Shown here one piece after another: positions 1 through 13,900 of a DNA stretch of 64,000 nt. Position numbers and translations under genes: made by a program. Each line of letters starts with the position of its first letter. Within the stretch, counting starts at the first letter, position 1. The notes under the pieces are model-generated. The model searched no databases. It saw only the letters and a program-made list of their open reading frames with translations, and was not told the origin of the DNA. Source of the stretch: Octopus sinensis (lineage: Eukaryota); assembly GCF_006345805.1 (NCBI RefSeq), contig NC_042999.1:85932001-85996000 (forward strand). Direction: 5' to 3'.

Positions 1-331
1 TTAATAAACAATTTAATAAAAGGAACAAACCATTACTCACTAAACCTGTGTATTAATGCTTACAAAGATGGAATTTCCTTTCCTCAGTTTTTCCCTTTTC
101 TTTTACTTTCCTGTTTTGCAAGTTATTTGGTGACTGCACTAGTGCCAGTAGCACAATAAAAAAGAAAAAAAAGCACCTGGCACACACTGTAAAGTGGTTG
201 GTGTTAGGAAGGCCTCCAGCTGTAGAAACTATGCTAAAGTTGACATGGAGTATTGTGCAGCCCTATAGTTCAGCAGATCCTGTCAAACCACCCAATTCAT
301 GCCAGCATGGAAAATGGATGTTATATGATGT

Positions 332-1620
332 ATAAGATGCACCAAGTGTAAGCTATGGACACATAAGAGGTGCAGCAATGTCAAAGGAAGGCTAACTAGG
401 AAGATGGTTTTTGTATGTGGCAGATGCTCAGGAATAATAAACACTGAAAATGCTCTGAGACCAACTTCCGTCACTTTCCAGGGAGAAAAACTAGAAATAG
501 TTGATAGTTTCCGTTACCTAGGTGACCAAGTCAGCAGCGGGGGCGGGTGTGCTGAAAGTGTAACTGCTAGAGTAAGAATAGCTTGGGCAAAGTTCAGAGA
601 GCTCTTACCTCTGCTGGTGACAAAAGGCCTCTCGCACAGAGTAAAAGGCAGACTGTATGATGCATGTGTACGAACAGCCATGCTACATGGCAGTGAAACA
701 TGGGCCGTGACTGCTGAGGACATGCGTAAGCTCGCAAGAAATGAAGCCAGTATGCTCCGATGGATGTGTAATGTCAGTACTCATACTCGGCAGAGTGTAA
801 GTACCTTGAGAGAAAAGCTGGACCTAAGAAGCATCAGTTGTGGTGTGCAAGAGAGACGTTTGCGCTGGTATGGTCATGTGGCGAGAATGGATGAAGATAG
901 TTGTGTGAAAAAGTGCCACACCCTAGCGGTTGAGGGAACCTGCGGAAGAGGCAGACCCAGGAAAACCTGGGATGAGGTGGTGAAGCACGAACTTCGAACT
1001 TTAGGTCTCACTGAGGAAATGACTAGAGACCGAGACCTCTGGAAGTGTGCTGTGCGCGAGAAGACCTGGCAGGACAAGTGAGTCCATAACCCGTGGCCTT
1101 CTACATGGGATGGAGCCAGCCTACGTATGCATACCTTCCCTTCTTGGGACACAAAACTCTACTTGTGAAGACCTGTTGAGGTAAGTGAGGATCAGAATTG
1201 AAATCGATCAATGGAAATTGCAGATGTGTTACCAGTGCCGGTGGCATGTAAGAGAACCATCCATTTGCGACCGTTGCCAGCGCCGCCCCGACTGGCCTCG
1301 TGCCGGTGGCACGTAAAAAGCACCATCCATTCGTGTTCGTTGCCAGCCTCGCCTGGCCCCCGTGCCGGTGGCACATAAAAAGCACCATCCGTTCATGGCT
1401 GTTTGCCAGCTCTGTCTGGCACCTGTGCGGGTGGCACGTAAAAAGCACCCACTACACTCACGGAGTGGTTGGCGTTAGGAAGGGCATCCAGCCGTAGAAA
1501 CACTGCCAGATCTGACTGGACCTGATGAAGCCTTCTGGCTTCACAGACCCCAGTTGAACCGTCCACCCATGCTAGCATGGAAAACGGATGCTAAACGATG
1601 ATGATGATGATGATGATGAT
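332..1620 (+). mobile_element. 5'-truncated RTE-clade LINE (RT C-terminal part, 3' UTR repeat array, (GAT)n tail)
   Basis: ORF 404..1081 has FRYLG, LYDACVRTAMLHGSETW, RRLRWYGHV, GRGRPRKTW; ends in (GAT)n at 1597-1620. Confidence 0.92.
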
Positions 1621-1790
1621 AAAAAAGGACATTACACAAATGTTAATTAACCAATAAACCAGGTAAACAACTAATGTAAAAAACAAAAAAAAAAACAAAA
1701 CAAAAAACTAAAAAAATCACAAGCCGTGATTTTACCAACTATCTAACATGCTGTTATTTACAATTCAATAGTACAAAGCATTAATATTAC

Positions 1791-1931
1791 CTGATCAGGG
1801 AAGTTCTGTATTACAAAGTCATCTATTTTAGAATTTTCTTTCAAAACATGGAACAAATCTGAACGTTCAAACATAGTAGCGAAAGAGTAATATAGTTCGT
1901 ATACGATTAGGCCAAGGCTGTATATATCTGA
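1791..1931 (-). CDS. EIF2AK1: Kinase exon, subdomains IX-X (SDIYSLGLIVYELYYSFATMFERSDLFHVLKENSKIDDFVIQNFPDQ)
   Basis: ttttacag acceptor, gtaata donor, 141 nt, phase 0-0. Confidence 0.92.
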
Positions 1932-4900
1932 CTGTAAAAGAACATGAGATTGTTATTTAAATATATCACAATTAGAAGAACATTTTAAAAATAAAATTAT
2001 ACATTTTCTATAATTCTATTGGTGATAGTAGTGATAACCATTGTGTTCTTTGGTCTAGATAATGTGTTTTCTTGGTTTTGGTTACCTTATCTATGTCTAT
2101 TGGAAGCTTGATTAAAATCTGTGAGAAGTACAAGAAAACTGACAACTCCAAGTTACCAAGCCTATGATTACAGGCATTCTACGACCATCCCATTTTTATT
2201 TTGTGACATCGTGTGTTTAGAACTAAATTATGTAATGTATTCTATCTTCTGTAAGATGGTAGGTGTAATTTAGCCACCCAACTGGTCACAGAGTGTTTCC
2301 CTTCTTTATTTGTAAATTAAATATTATAAGAGTAACATTTGTAAAATAGGGTTGTGTGATTATGTTTGTGTCACCTTGTCTTGACATTACACAATAGTTG
2401 TAAATGATTGTCACTGTCATACAAGCAGGGTGATTCATTTCCAATATACTGTGAAAACATGTCTGGCCATAGGGAAATATCACCTTGCATGGAAATAGGA
2501 GAGGGTCACCGACAGGAATTTGGCCATAAAAAAATCTGCCTCAATAAATTCCATCCAAACTGTGGATGTTAGAATGATTTTAAACATGCATTTTATTCTA
2601 ATGTAAAACTGTATTATTTTTTGGCGAAAGTCAGCCGATCAAATCATTATATTTACTCTATTTATGAAAGAAAAACTAAACAAGATAGCTTTATTAATGT
2701 GTTTACCTTTGTGTCATAATTTGAAGAGTTTAGCTGTTCAGGTGCTGAGTAAGTTGATGTACCAACCCCCACAGAAAGGGAAACAAAATTTTCTAAAACA
2801 GATGGAAAGGAACACACAAGATATTAACTTCACACTTATGGCTTTCAGAAAGTAGTCTGAACTGGGAGACTGCAGTCTAATGAGTGAAATAAATAAAAGA
2901 TATAAGCTATACAGTAACTCATCATTGACTATTTATCAAAAATATTCTGCAGTTTTGCTCAAGTAGGTAAATTGTAAAGGAGAAACATGTTATTTTGGAA
3001 AGCAAGATATTTATCATAGTTAATTTAATACATATATATATATATTTTCTGTTTAATAATTATTTTCTTATGGCAGTTTTCTTTGTTGGAGTAGTTGTTT
3101 TCCTTAGTTTAAGGCTTTTCATATTTCTAACCATTCAACCATGAAGTAGTAAGTACAACTTATGTTAGTAAATAGTTCAGAGATGGAAAGTTTTCTGGTA
3201 ATGCAATATATAGCAGTGTACAAGAGGCTACTGAAAAGTTCCCAGCTTTAAGGGTATTGTGGAAGGCCTGGTTAGAGGCCCAACCTTCTGAGTTCTTTTA
3301 CAGAGCTTAGAAAAACTGAAGGACCACCGCAATAAGTGTGTGAATCTGAGAGGGGAATATGTTGAATAAAATCATAATTAACTGATCCTCTTGTATTTTC
3401 TTTTACTCCAAAGCCAGGAACTTTTTAGCACCTTCTTGTATTTCTGTATCTTGTGAAAAGTATTGAGAGAAGGAGAGAAAGTTGAAAAGAGAGAAAGAGA
3501 ATTTGAAGAGTTAGCAGAATGTAAGGAAGTATGATGATGGATGGGACACTACTGTTGTTAGCAACTGAAGAACTGAGAAGAGTGATCCAAAGAAGTAATG
3601 ATATCCAATGGGAAGTGGGAGAAAAGTAAAATATTACATTTGAATTAAGTAGAATAAGAATTTGAATATATATAGCTTTACCAGCAATGGTGGCAGAAGA
3701 ATTCAGTAAAATTTGAAGAAATTCTTTTGATAAAAGATCAGAGTGTATGGATTTAATTGAGAAGAGTTGAGAGCCTGCTGGCTGTATTGTGTGATTTAAG
3801 GTCTGTTCTGATCAAGCATATCTATGATGGTAGGGTGAATGTTGAGCAAGATTTGGTTGCTATTTCTAGTAGGCTGATTGGCTGTATAAAAGCTCCCTCA
3901 TTAATTCATGCTAGCTAAGTGTTTCATAACAGCATCATTTGCTCTCTTGTCAATGTCACAGTTACTGTAATAATTACTTGAAAGTATTAACAATTACAAA
4001 AACAGATATACAATCTATACAATGGTGAAACATGTAGCTTTTAAGGCAGGATACTTTTCTTACAATACAATCACTATAGTGAATATGTGAACTTTTGGCA
4101 GGATTCTGGCTTAAGTATCCCATAACTTTTTAATTTTTTGGAATCCTCAGAAAATGGTTGAGAATTTATGCTCTACACATGGGAATTAATATGATTATGA
4201 AAACAAAAATTAAAAAAATTTTGACCCTCACCCCTTACATCCTAAAATTGAACTCTTTTTCAATTGTTTTTTAAAATCAGAGTTTAAAATACAGAGTTTA
4301 TAATCAGAGTTTAAAATACAGATAGTCTGAATTTTTTGCTTAAAGCCCACCAGTAGACCACCCTCGGGTGTATCACTGTTACATAAAATGTGTTTAAACA
4401 ACCCATATAACACCTCATAACTTGAAGAGAAAAATAATGAAAAGCATCAATATACATCAGAGTGACAAAGAAATGAGGATGGTATCAGATGACCATGGGA
4501 TGTGCTAAAAACAACAGGTAAATTACCCTATAATCACACACAAAAATCAAAAAAATTTTTTTTTCATAGTTGTCTAAATTCCCATGTGTAGAAAACAAAT
4601 TCACAAAAATGCTCTGAAAATTCCAAAAAGTAAAAAAGTTATGAAGTGTTATATGGGTTGTTTAAACAAGAAATCTGACAAACTATCATCATTTAGTGTC
4701 CCAATATCTTTACAGCTAGTGTGGTTCTTTACATTTATCTCTATAACACAACAAAAAAATGTCCCAATATTTAATTTAGCCTTGTTTTCTTTGAAAAACT
4801 ACAAGAATCAACTCAAAGAAATATATATGCATGTCACAAAATGAAATATTACTAATAAACTATGCCAGCATTGAAGACAGAGATGTTTAAAGATAATGAT

Positions 4901-7900
4901 GATGATGAAACAGCAATTAACACAATTAATTATATCTGATTTTTCCTTATCCATTAAAAGGAAAAAAGTACAACTTTGTATCTAATTTAATAGAATAATA
5001 ATTATTAAGAAGAAAAGGCTTTACCTTTGGATACATCGGAATCACTTGAGTAACTTCTTTTAGCCAAGCCAAAATCTCCTATCTTTACTGAGAAGTTCTC
5101 TTGTAAGAAAATATTAGCAGGCTGTAAATAGAAATAGTAGTATAAATATATTTTAGTGAATAATAAAGCCTGAAAATGAAAAACTGGGTGCTCCTATTTT
5201 GTTTGATACATGATTCAGATTTAAGGTTCACATAAACTGTTTGCCTACTTAAAAAGATTTAGTTGGCAGAGACAACACTAATGACTTCTTAATATAGTAG
5301 GTCAGTGTATTAAGAAGTATATTTTTAATGACAAGAGAAGGCATGGTGGTGTGGTTAAGAAGTCCACTTCTCAACTACATGCTTTTGGGTTGTCTTGCTG
5401 AGTAGCACTTTGGACAAGTGTCTTCTACTATGGTTGTGAGTTGACCAGAGCCCTGTAAGTGGATTTGGAAGATAGATGTTGAAAGTAGCTGGGTGTGTGC
5501 GTGTGTGTGTTTGCAATAACTGTAAACAAGCATCGCCACCATACAAGTGGTGTTCTGTGAAAAACATGACTGCTCATGGAGTAATATTACTTTGTTTGGA
5601 ATCAGGCAAGGATTGGCCTCAGCGAATTCTGTCTGACCAAAGCAAACATGAAAAAGTGGATGTTAAAAGAATGGTGATGATGACAATAATGATGGAACTG
5701 TCTTCTTTACCTGTGAGTAACAGGTCTTTGGATATTTACTAAATATTGGTTTCAAATTTTGGCACAAGACCAGCAATTTTAGAGAAGGGATAAATCGATT
5801 CATCGATCCCAATGCTCAACTGGTACTTAATTTATTGACCCCCAAACTTGAAAGCAGAATGTAAAGCTAGACAAAATGCTGCTAAGCATTTAGCCCAGTG
5901 GGCTATTGATTCTGCCAGCTTGCTGCCTTATATTTACTAAATGTTACACCTGGTAAACAATAGCATTGTTGATTATAGATTTTGAAATGGTGAATCAGTG
6001 GTTCACTGCTGTACAAAACAAATATTCTGACAGTACAAAACAAATATTCAGTGCAAAACAAATATTGCAATGGATTTCACTGGAAGAGTAAGTAAACACT
6101 CATAACATCAGTAATGTTAATGACATGAAGAATACTTATTATTTGTCCTTTCTCCTACAGGCATAGGGGGGAGGGTGAAATTTTGGGGGATGGGGATAGT
6201 TGATTACATCAACACCAGTGCTCCAAAAGGATGAAAGGCAAAGTTGACCTTGGTAGAATTTGAACTCAAAACATGAAGACAGACAAAATGTTGCTTAGTA
6301 TTTTGTCTGGTATGCTAACATTTCAGCTAGCTCGCTGTCTTATAATAATGTCTATTATCTATAAGGGTTCACCTTTTTGTGGAAGAGGTAGCAAGTGTTG
6401 AAGAACGAATATCCTTGAGCAAGACACTTATTTCACTGCTCCAGTCCACTCAGCTGGCAAAAATGAGTTGTACCTGAGTTTCAAAGGGCTGGCCATGTCA
6501 CACTCTGTGTCACGCCGAATCTCCCTGAGAACTATGTTTGAGGTACACATGTACATTCCACAATGGAAACATTCCACTTTCTTAAATGGGCAGTTTTTTT
6601 TCTAAGGTGTAGACCTTCACATGCAAAATGGTAAAATGAATAAAAAACAAAAATGATAATGGGTGTAAATCTACCAACTGGCACAAACAATGACACAACT
6701 TCACTTATTCTTCACAGGCACATATATTGTCAAACATATATTACACGCATACGAAATTAATATCTGTGTATATGTGAAGGCACGTGGCTTAGTGGTTAGG
6801 GCATTCGGCTCACGATTGTAAGGTCATGAGTTCAATTCCCGGCGATGCGTTGTATCCTTGAGCAAGACACTTATTTCACTGCTCCAGTTCACTCAGCTGG
6901 CAAAAATGAGTTGTACCTGAGTTTCATGTCACACTCTGTGTCACGCCGAATCTCCCTGAGAACTACGTTTGAGGTACACATGTACATTCCACAATGGAAA
7001 CATTCCACTTTCTTAAATGGGCAGTTTTTTTTCTAAGGTGTAGACCTTCACATGCAAAATATGACTTTAGTCCTGTTTGTACTGTATTTTAATACACACT
7101 TGATTTCTATTCTGCCCGTTTTGCACTTGTTTCACTTGGCAGCAATCTTTATGTTCAATTTTCTCTGTGTCATGCCTTAAATTTACAATTCTTTTACGCT
7201 CTTCTGACACTTGTTGTAAGGATACAGCTTGGTTTTGTTCCAGCTTACTTCTGCGTCTTTTTCTGCAGTTAGTCCTGAGTAAATATCAAGCACTTGAACA
7301 TGTCTGGCATTAACTCATCCAGTTTGAACTTTTCACATTCTCTGTTAACTCTAAAGCATATGTGATTTAGTCCTCCTTGTTGTTCTTTTTCTAGGATCAA
7401 ACATTTCCAGCATGTATTGAACAATGAGCTTTTCTTGCTAAAAATTTTAGTATGTCTATTGTATTTCTAAAGTTTATGTCAGAAGGTTTTTTTCAGGAGT
7501 ATGTATTTGCTGTAACGCTCATGTTCTCCTCCTGCCAGTTCTCTTAAGATTAGATGCATTTTCATATCATTGTCCCAATCTTTTGCACTCTTTATTGAAG
7601 ATCTGTTCATATCTTCTATAGTATGCTTCAAAAGTAACTCCGTTTGGTTCATGCTTAAATTCCATTATTGAGTTTCCAACATAATGTGGTGGGAACATCT
7701 TTGCAGCATTTTTGGATGACTTAATGTTCATTAATTGCAGCTTTTGTTACTGTAATAATAATTGTTGTTGTTGACGTTGTTCTTGCAGTAGTTATTGTTG
7801 TTGCTGTTTTTGCAACTCAAGCAAACCAGTTAACAATTCTTCCATAATTTTACAATTTTGTATATTGTAAAATTCACACAAAAAACTTTTGTAAGTTTCA

Positions 7901-10900
7901 TAACTCCTTGTGGGTTTGTTTAATCCTCGTCAGTTTGTTAATTCCTCATCACCACTGTTGTAATCCAACAGCGGACTGTTATAACATCCACTCTCGTACA
8001 GCAGTATAGTTAGACAAGACATGACTATCTATGACCGACTTTGCTGACTTCTTGACTTGACTTCCTGCGTCACAGTATTTGTAATGACTATCACATGCCA
8101 CTCATCATGTGGGAGAGGTATTCCATTATTATTAGTATTATTATCCCCATAACACAAACTTTGTACAAGAGCTGTTCTAACATTACTGTCAAAAGTTATA
8201 GCATCTTAACTTAGATTCTTGCATCATTATTGCATCTTTATCTAAAATTATGAAATATTATCATTAGAAAATGGATAACTGATAATGATGATGATGTGTT
8301 CATGTAATAATATTTTATGTATCATGGATCTCCATGGATTATTAATATCTGAATTTATTTCATTTACATAAATTAAAAGACAAAAAGCATATTTTACCTT
8401 TATGTCCCTGTGAATAATTCCTCTGGAATGTATGAATTCTAAACCTTCCACAGTTTCTTGGAGAATTTTCAGATTATTTACAGCATCAATACCTGAGAAA
8501 AGAAAAGAAGCCATTGCTGTCAAATAATATTTTGGTGAATGATACAGAATCTAAAATATTAAGAAAAAAATTTTAGTGATTTTATAACTAGGATATTCTC
8601 TAACTCAGTGAATTGTACTTTAAAATACTTGATTGAGAGTAAAGATTATGTCATTTCCAATTTGAAATTTTCAAAGAAATGCTGCTACAGTTGTTATGAT
8701 TCAAAGCAGATATTTCATTCTCTGGAATATTAGATTTGTCTAGGAGGTATGGAAGCTTTATCTTGGGTGTCAAATTAACACATTTCTATATTAACTATTG
8801 CTCATCTTTTTAATTTTGTTGGATCAAGCATGTTTAGTACTTGACTAATTATAATTTTAAAATCAGATTCTGAATGTTTTGCATCTCTTTATCAATGGCA
8901 ACCAAATAAGCAATTTGAAATTAAATTTTCAATTTAAATAAAATTTATCGTTATTCATGGTCCCAGGAAAAATTGATGTTCTCATAATTACCAATTTAAT
9001 ATTGTTTGCTTTATTTTTCTAATTATATTTTGTATGTAAGATGAGCAGGTAAAAATCATTAAATACATAATGGAGATGAAAAAGTAAAAAGAAAAAAAAA
9101 ATCAATATTCTGTGTTGCCAACAGCACATCATCACCAGAAATGGAATCATTTAACATGGCAAAACTTAAGAAAGACCGAATAATAGCTTTCTTTTTTATA
9201 CAAGTGATGGTGAATAGGCATTCTTGGATTGTGTATAGATTAATAATTCAAAGATGGTGCTGCAGTATACCAATGGTACTATGATGCAGTTATGAAAATG
9301 TTTAGAATATCTGCTTTTGAACCTGGGTCAGTCAATTGACAATCTAAAGGAATAGGCACCAGAAATGCCAGTGCTGCTTGACTGGCGTCTGTGACGGTGA
9401 CATGTAAAAGCACCAACCAATCATGGCCGTTTGCAAGCCTCCTCTGGCCCCTGTGCCACTGGCATGTAAAAAGCACCCACTACACTTACGGAGTGGTTGG
9501 CGTTAGGAAGGGCATCCTGGCTTCCCAGACCCTGGTCGAACTGTCCAACCCATGCTAGCATGGAAAACGGACGTTAAACGATGATGATGATGTATCAATG
9601 GTACACTTAGTTTCATGGGTACACAACTAATCTTATTGACAGAAACACAACATGGGCTTAAACAGTCAAGTAATAACACTGTTATGGATTGGGGCTCATA
9701 TCTAACCTTCTGAACAGGATACAAATAAATAATCTTTTGTACACATAATATAACAACTAGCACAAACTTGTATTTCAATGAGTAAAAATAGTAAGTAATC
9801 CATTTAACAGTTACTTAGATAATCCACGAGTAAACTTACGCTCAATTAGCGGTTTATCATCTTCTCTGTTTCTGGAGTTCAGCCAGTCTTCTAATGTTTG
9901 TTCACAAAGTTCCATTTGTATATACAGAGTTTTACAGGATTTATACTGCTAAAAAAAAAAGGAAAAAAGAATTTAATAAAACACTTTCAAGACGGACATA
10001 AGATTATGTATTGTAAAAAGCAAAACTAAAACCATAAAATAAAGTTTGGTTTTAAAATTTTTAAACAAACCCACATATACCTGACAGAAAAATTAGAAAA
10101 TTTTTTTACAGAAATACTTTTTTCTATTTAATTGATTAAAGCGCAAAAATTGAAGACAAATTGAGAAGTTTTATATTTTCTTTAGTCATGAAAATTTTTG
10201 AGAAAGACACTTTAAATTACAGTTCAAAATGAGGCTGTTCCTCTATATTTGCAATAATCTTCAGCACAAAATGAAAAAATCTGGAGAAATAAGGCTTGGG
10301 CTCACTAAACCCAATGGAGACCTGTGCCCCATTGCGGTCGGCTGCACCTTTCGCCGTCTCACTGCAAAGGTGTGCTTACAATCAGTCTAGCTTATTGGAG
10401 GAGGAATTTTCTCCCACCCAGCTAGGAGTGGGCACCAAATTAGGATGTGAAGCTGCTGCCCATGCTACCACAGACCATGCCAACTTTCCCTCCTTGTCAC
10501 TTAAGGTCATCCTCAAACTTGACCTTAAGAATGCCTTCAACCCCATCGGCCATGATGCTGTCCCCAACTCTACCACCTTGCATGGCAGGCTTATTGGGAG
10601 CCCTCCTATCTCTCTTTTGGTGACCACATCATCACCTCCACCTCAGGAGTACAACAGGGCAACCCACTTGGGCCCTCTGTGTTTGCACTGGGCATTGATG
10701 TCATCAAAATGGGTGTCGAGCTAGACCTCAATGTCTGGTATCTTGATGATGATTGTTTGATGTGATGGGAAGAGACCTGATGGTCTCACCCTGTGCCACT
10801 GGTTGTAAGGCAGATGCCTTGTCTGGGATATCACAGTTAGCGACTCCTTTGCTTCTTCTCACATCCTGGATGCTGTGGTCAGGGCAAGATCCACAGATTC

Positions 10901-13900
10901 TGCAGCAGAGCGGAACAAAATCCTGACATACTACGATCTGTTGGCCAACTACATTTTCCATTCTGTGGCATTCGAGACGTTTGGTGGGGTTGGACCACTA
11001 ACTGTGAGATTCCTGTCTTCACTGGCAACTCGCCTTGCAGAGGTAACTGGTGAGGCTTGTGTAGGCGCTTGGCCGTTCCAGTGCATCAGCCTTGCTATCA
11101 CCTGTGGCAACACTGCAAGCATGCTGGCATGTCTCAATAGCCATTAGAAAGGTTTCGTTCGCAGCACCCCCAACTTTTCAACCCAAGGTGGTGAATTTTT
11201 TTGGTTTATTCTTTTATATATATATATATATATATAGGCACACACAGACATACACACAAGAATACTGTCCCCTGTTCATTTTCCCAGGGGATTTTGGCTG
11301 GCATTAGGTTAAGCCGAGCAATTAGCCTCCACACAACAAGAAATAAAATCAGAAGCAGATTATAATGTATGTATTATAAAATTGAGTAAAAGAAAAGGAT
11401 ATTTCCTGTAAATAAAAAAGAAAGTAGGTATAAAATAAAGATAAAAGAAAAATGACAAGCTGAAGTGACTCAAACAAGAAATTAATACAGGATTGTTAAA
11501 AGCTAATTACAAAATCTAGAAATGATCTTAATTTATTGTAAGATATGGAATATATCTGTAAGTTTGGGTAAAAAATCAAGTGTTGCATACCTGACCAGAG
11601 CCATAGTTATATAGTTAAACATTTAAATTTAGGAGAATTTATCTTCCAAAATTACCCAATGCATCTCAAATCTGAGCCTCCATGATCAATCATTTGCATC
11701 ACTTAGTATTTATTAGAAGAAAATCAGCAAAAAACAAAAGCATTCATCAATAGCAATAAGTGAATCAAATGTCAAAAGAAATAAGAAAAGAAAAAGAAGT
11801 AATACTTACAATTACCGGAGATCCTTGAGAGTTACAAAGTTGATTATCAGAGCTTTCAGAGATATCACTTGAATTGGAAGATGAGTCTAATTCTTTGATA
11901 TTTAATTTCTGAAAGCTTGAAGGAAAAAGAAAAAAATGGAAAATTTATTATGATTTAACCTTTAGCATTCAGATTACTTTGTCAAATGTAATGCTTGTTT
12001 ATTCATATTGTTTTGAATTAATCATACATTATCTCATAACTTTAAAATTTCAGTGATGTGATTGTTTATTTTTAAGATGATGTATGGTAGGTGTGAGAGG
12101 TCAGATCTGATTGCTTTGAATACAAAACAGGTAAAATATTTGGGCTGGATATGGTTGGTTTAAATGCCAGAGGATTAGAATACTTACAAATTATTTTATT
12201 AACCAATAGTTTTATGTGGCAAGCTAAGCCTGGGATACAGCTTCAGTTCTGTGTTAAGTAATTTCACATTTATTTCTCATATATGTGATTTTCAAATGAC
12301 ATGGGTGAGATGAACTTCATATGATGGGCTTATACTAATTACATTATGCAGGAGTACTGGAAAATTCCTGACTTTAAAGGTATTGTGAAAGGCCTGGTTG
12401 GAGGCCAAACCATCCAAGTTCTTTTTATATCTTGTTTGATAATTATTTCCTATGGTAGTTTTTTTTCTTGTTTTTTTCCACATCTTAAGGCTTTTCATAT
12501 TTCTAACCATTCAACAATGAAGTAGTAAGTACAACTTATGTTGGTGAATAGTTCAGAGATGGAGAGTTTTCTGATAATGCAATATATAGCAGTGTACAAG
12601 GTGGTGCTGAAAAGTTCCTGGGTTTAAGGGTATTGTGAAAGGCATAGTTGGAAGCCCAACCTTCTGAGTTCTTTTTACAGGGCTTTGAGAAACTGAAGGA
12701 CTACTGCAATAAGTGTGTGAATCTGAGCGGGGAATATTTTAAATAAAATCATAATAAATTAATCCTCCTGTATTTTCTTTTCAGCACCCCATAGTACATA
12801 GTTTCAAACTGTTTGAGGGTGGATCAACAACTTTTTGGAGATTAAATGGAGCATGTACATAGCTACTTGACTTGTTAGACTAATGACCAAATCTTCATCT
12901 GCCCATAGCCTCCTGTTTTTTTTAAAGAAATATAACACATACTGGATTATATAATCTTTGATGATCATAGGTTCTTCCAGTCATTGATGATAAAATGTTA
13001 AATAACATAACCACTGGAAATTTTCATTTCAAGATTATAGTAAACTAGCAGAGATACCCCCGGCGTTGCTCGTGTTACATGCAATTGAAGAATTAGACAT
13101 TTCTGTTATATTTTCTGTAATGAACTGGAATATCTATGTTTCAAATTTCATAAAAATTGCAGATGAGGGTTATTTCCCTCTTTACACACCCTAAAAAAAT
13201 TGTAATTGTGCCACAAGTATCCCATACTACTGATTTTTATGCACATATTTCAAAATTTCAGTCTTATTGAACCTGTTAAAAGGATTTTGCTCCTGAAAAA
13301 TGGTCATGGAATTCTAAAATGCGAGAGTGAAGGCCCCTGTTGGGGGTGGGTGTCTTAATGTCAAGCAGAGAAGTGGAATGCAAGCATTTGGGTCAGGATT
13401 CAAGTTTGAGGATAACTTTCTCTCTTCCTCTCATTAATTATGGAAGCCATGGAAAAGGTCACTGACCAATAACCATTTAAAAAAAATGAGTTAAACTTTT
13501 CTTGGCTAAAATATTACAGGCGTTGATTTACCAAACAACTTTTTGGATTTACCAAATTACTAGCGGTCACCTGGCCTTCACCCTGGTCTGTACTGTGCTC
13601 AAATGTATTCATAAGGCATCTATTGTAATCCCATGTGTCTGATTGTAGTAAAAGGCTGCTAGTCACCACTCTTCATGAGAAAAAGGTCTAAATTCCAACC
13701 TGACTTGTCGTTTCTCTGATGTTTCCTGTTCTCTGGAGAGGGCATTTCTGGCTGCGTTACTTTGAAGTTGTTTCATTAGCACCTGTTCTCTTAAGCAGGC
13801 TTTCCTATCAGCATGAGACTCAAAACTCCATTGTTTCTGTGCTGGTGTTTCTTGTTCCCTCAAGTGGGCTTGCCTGGTTGTTTCAAACTGAAGTTTTACT

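Noticed and set aside
1-140. Search for the terminal kinase exon (subdomain XI)
   Set aside because: No R-P-S/T-A type motif with valid splice sites was found, so the exon is presumed to lie left of the window.
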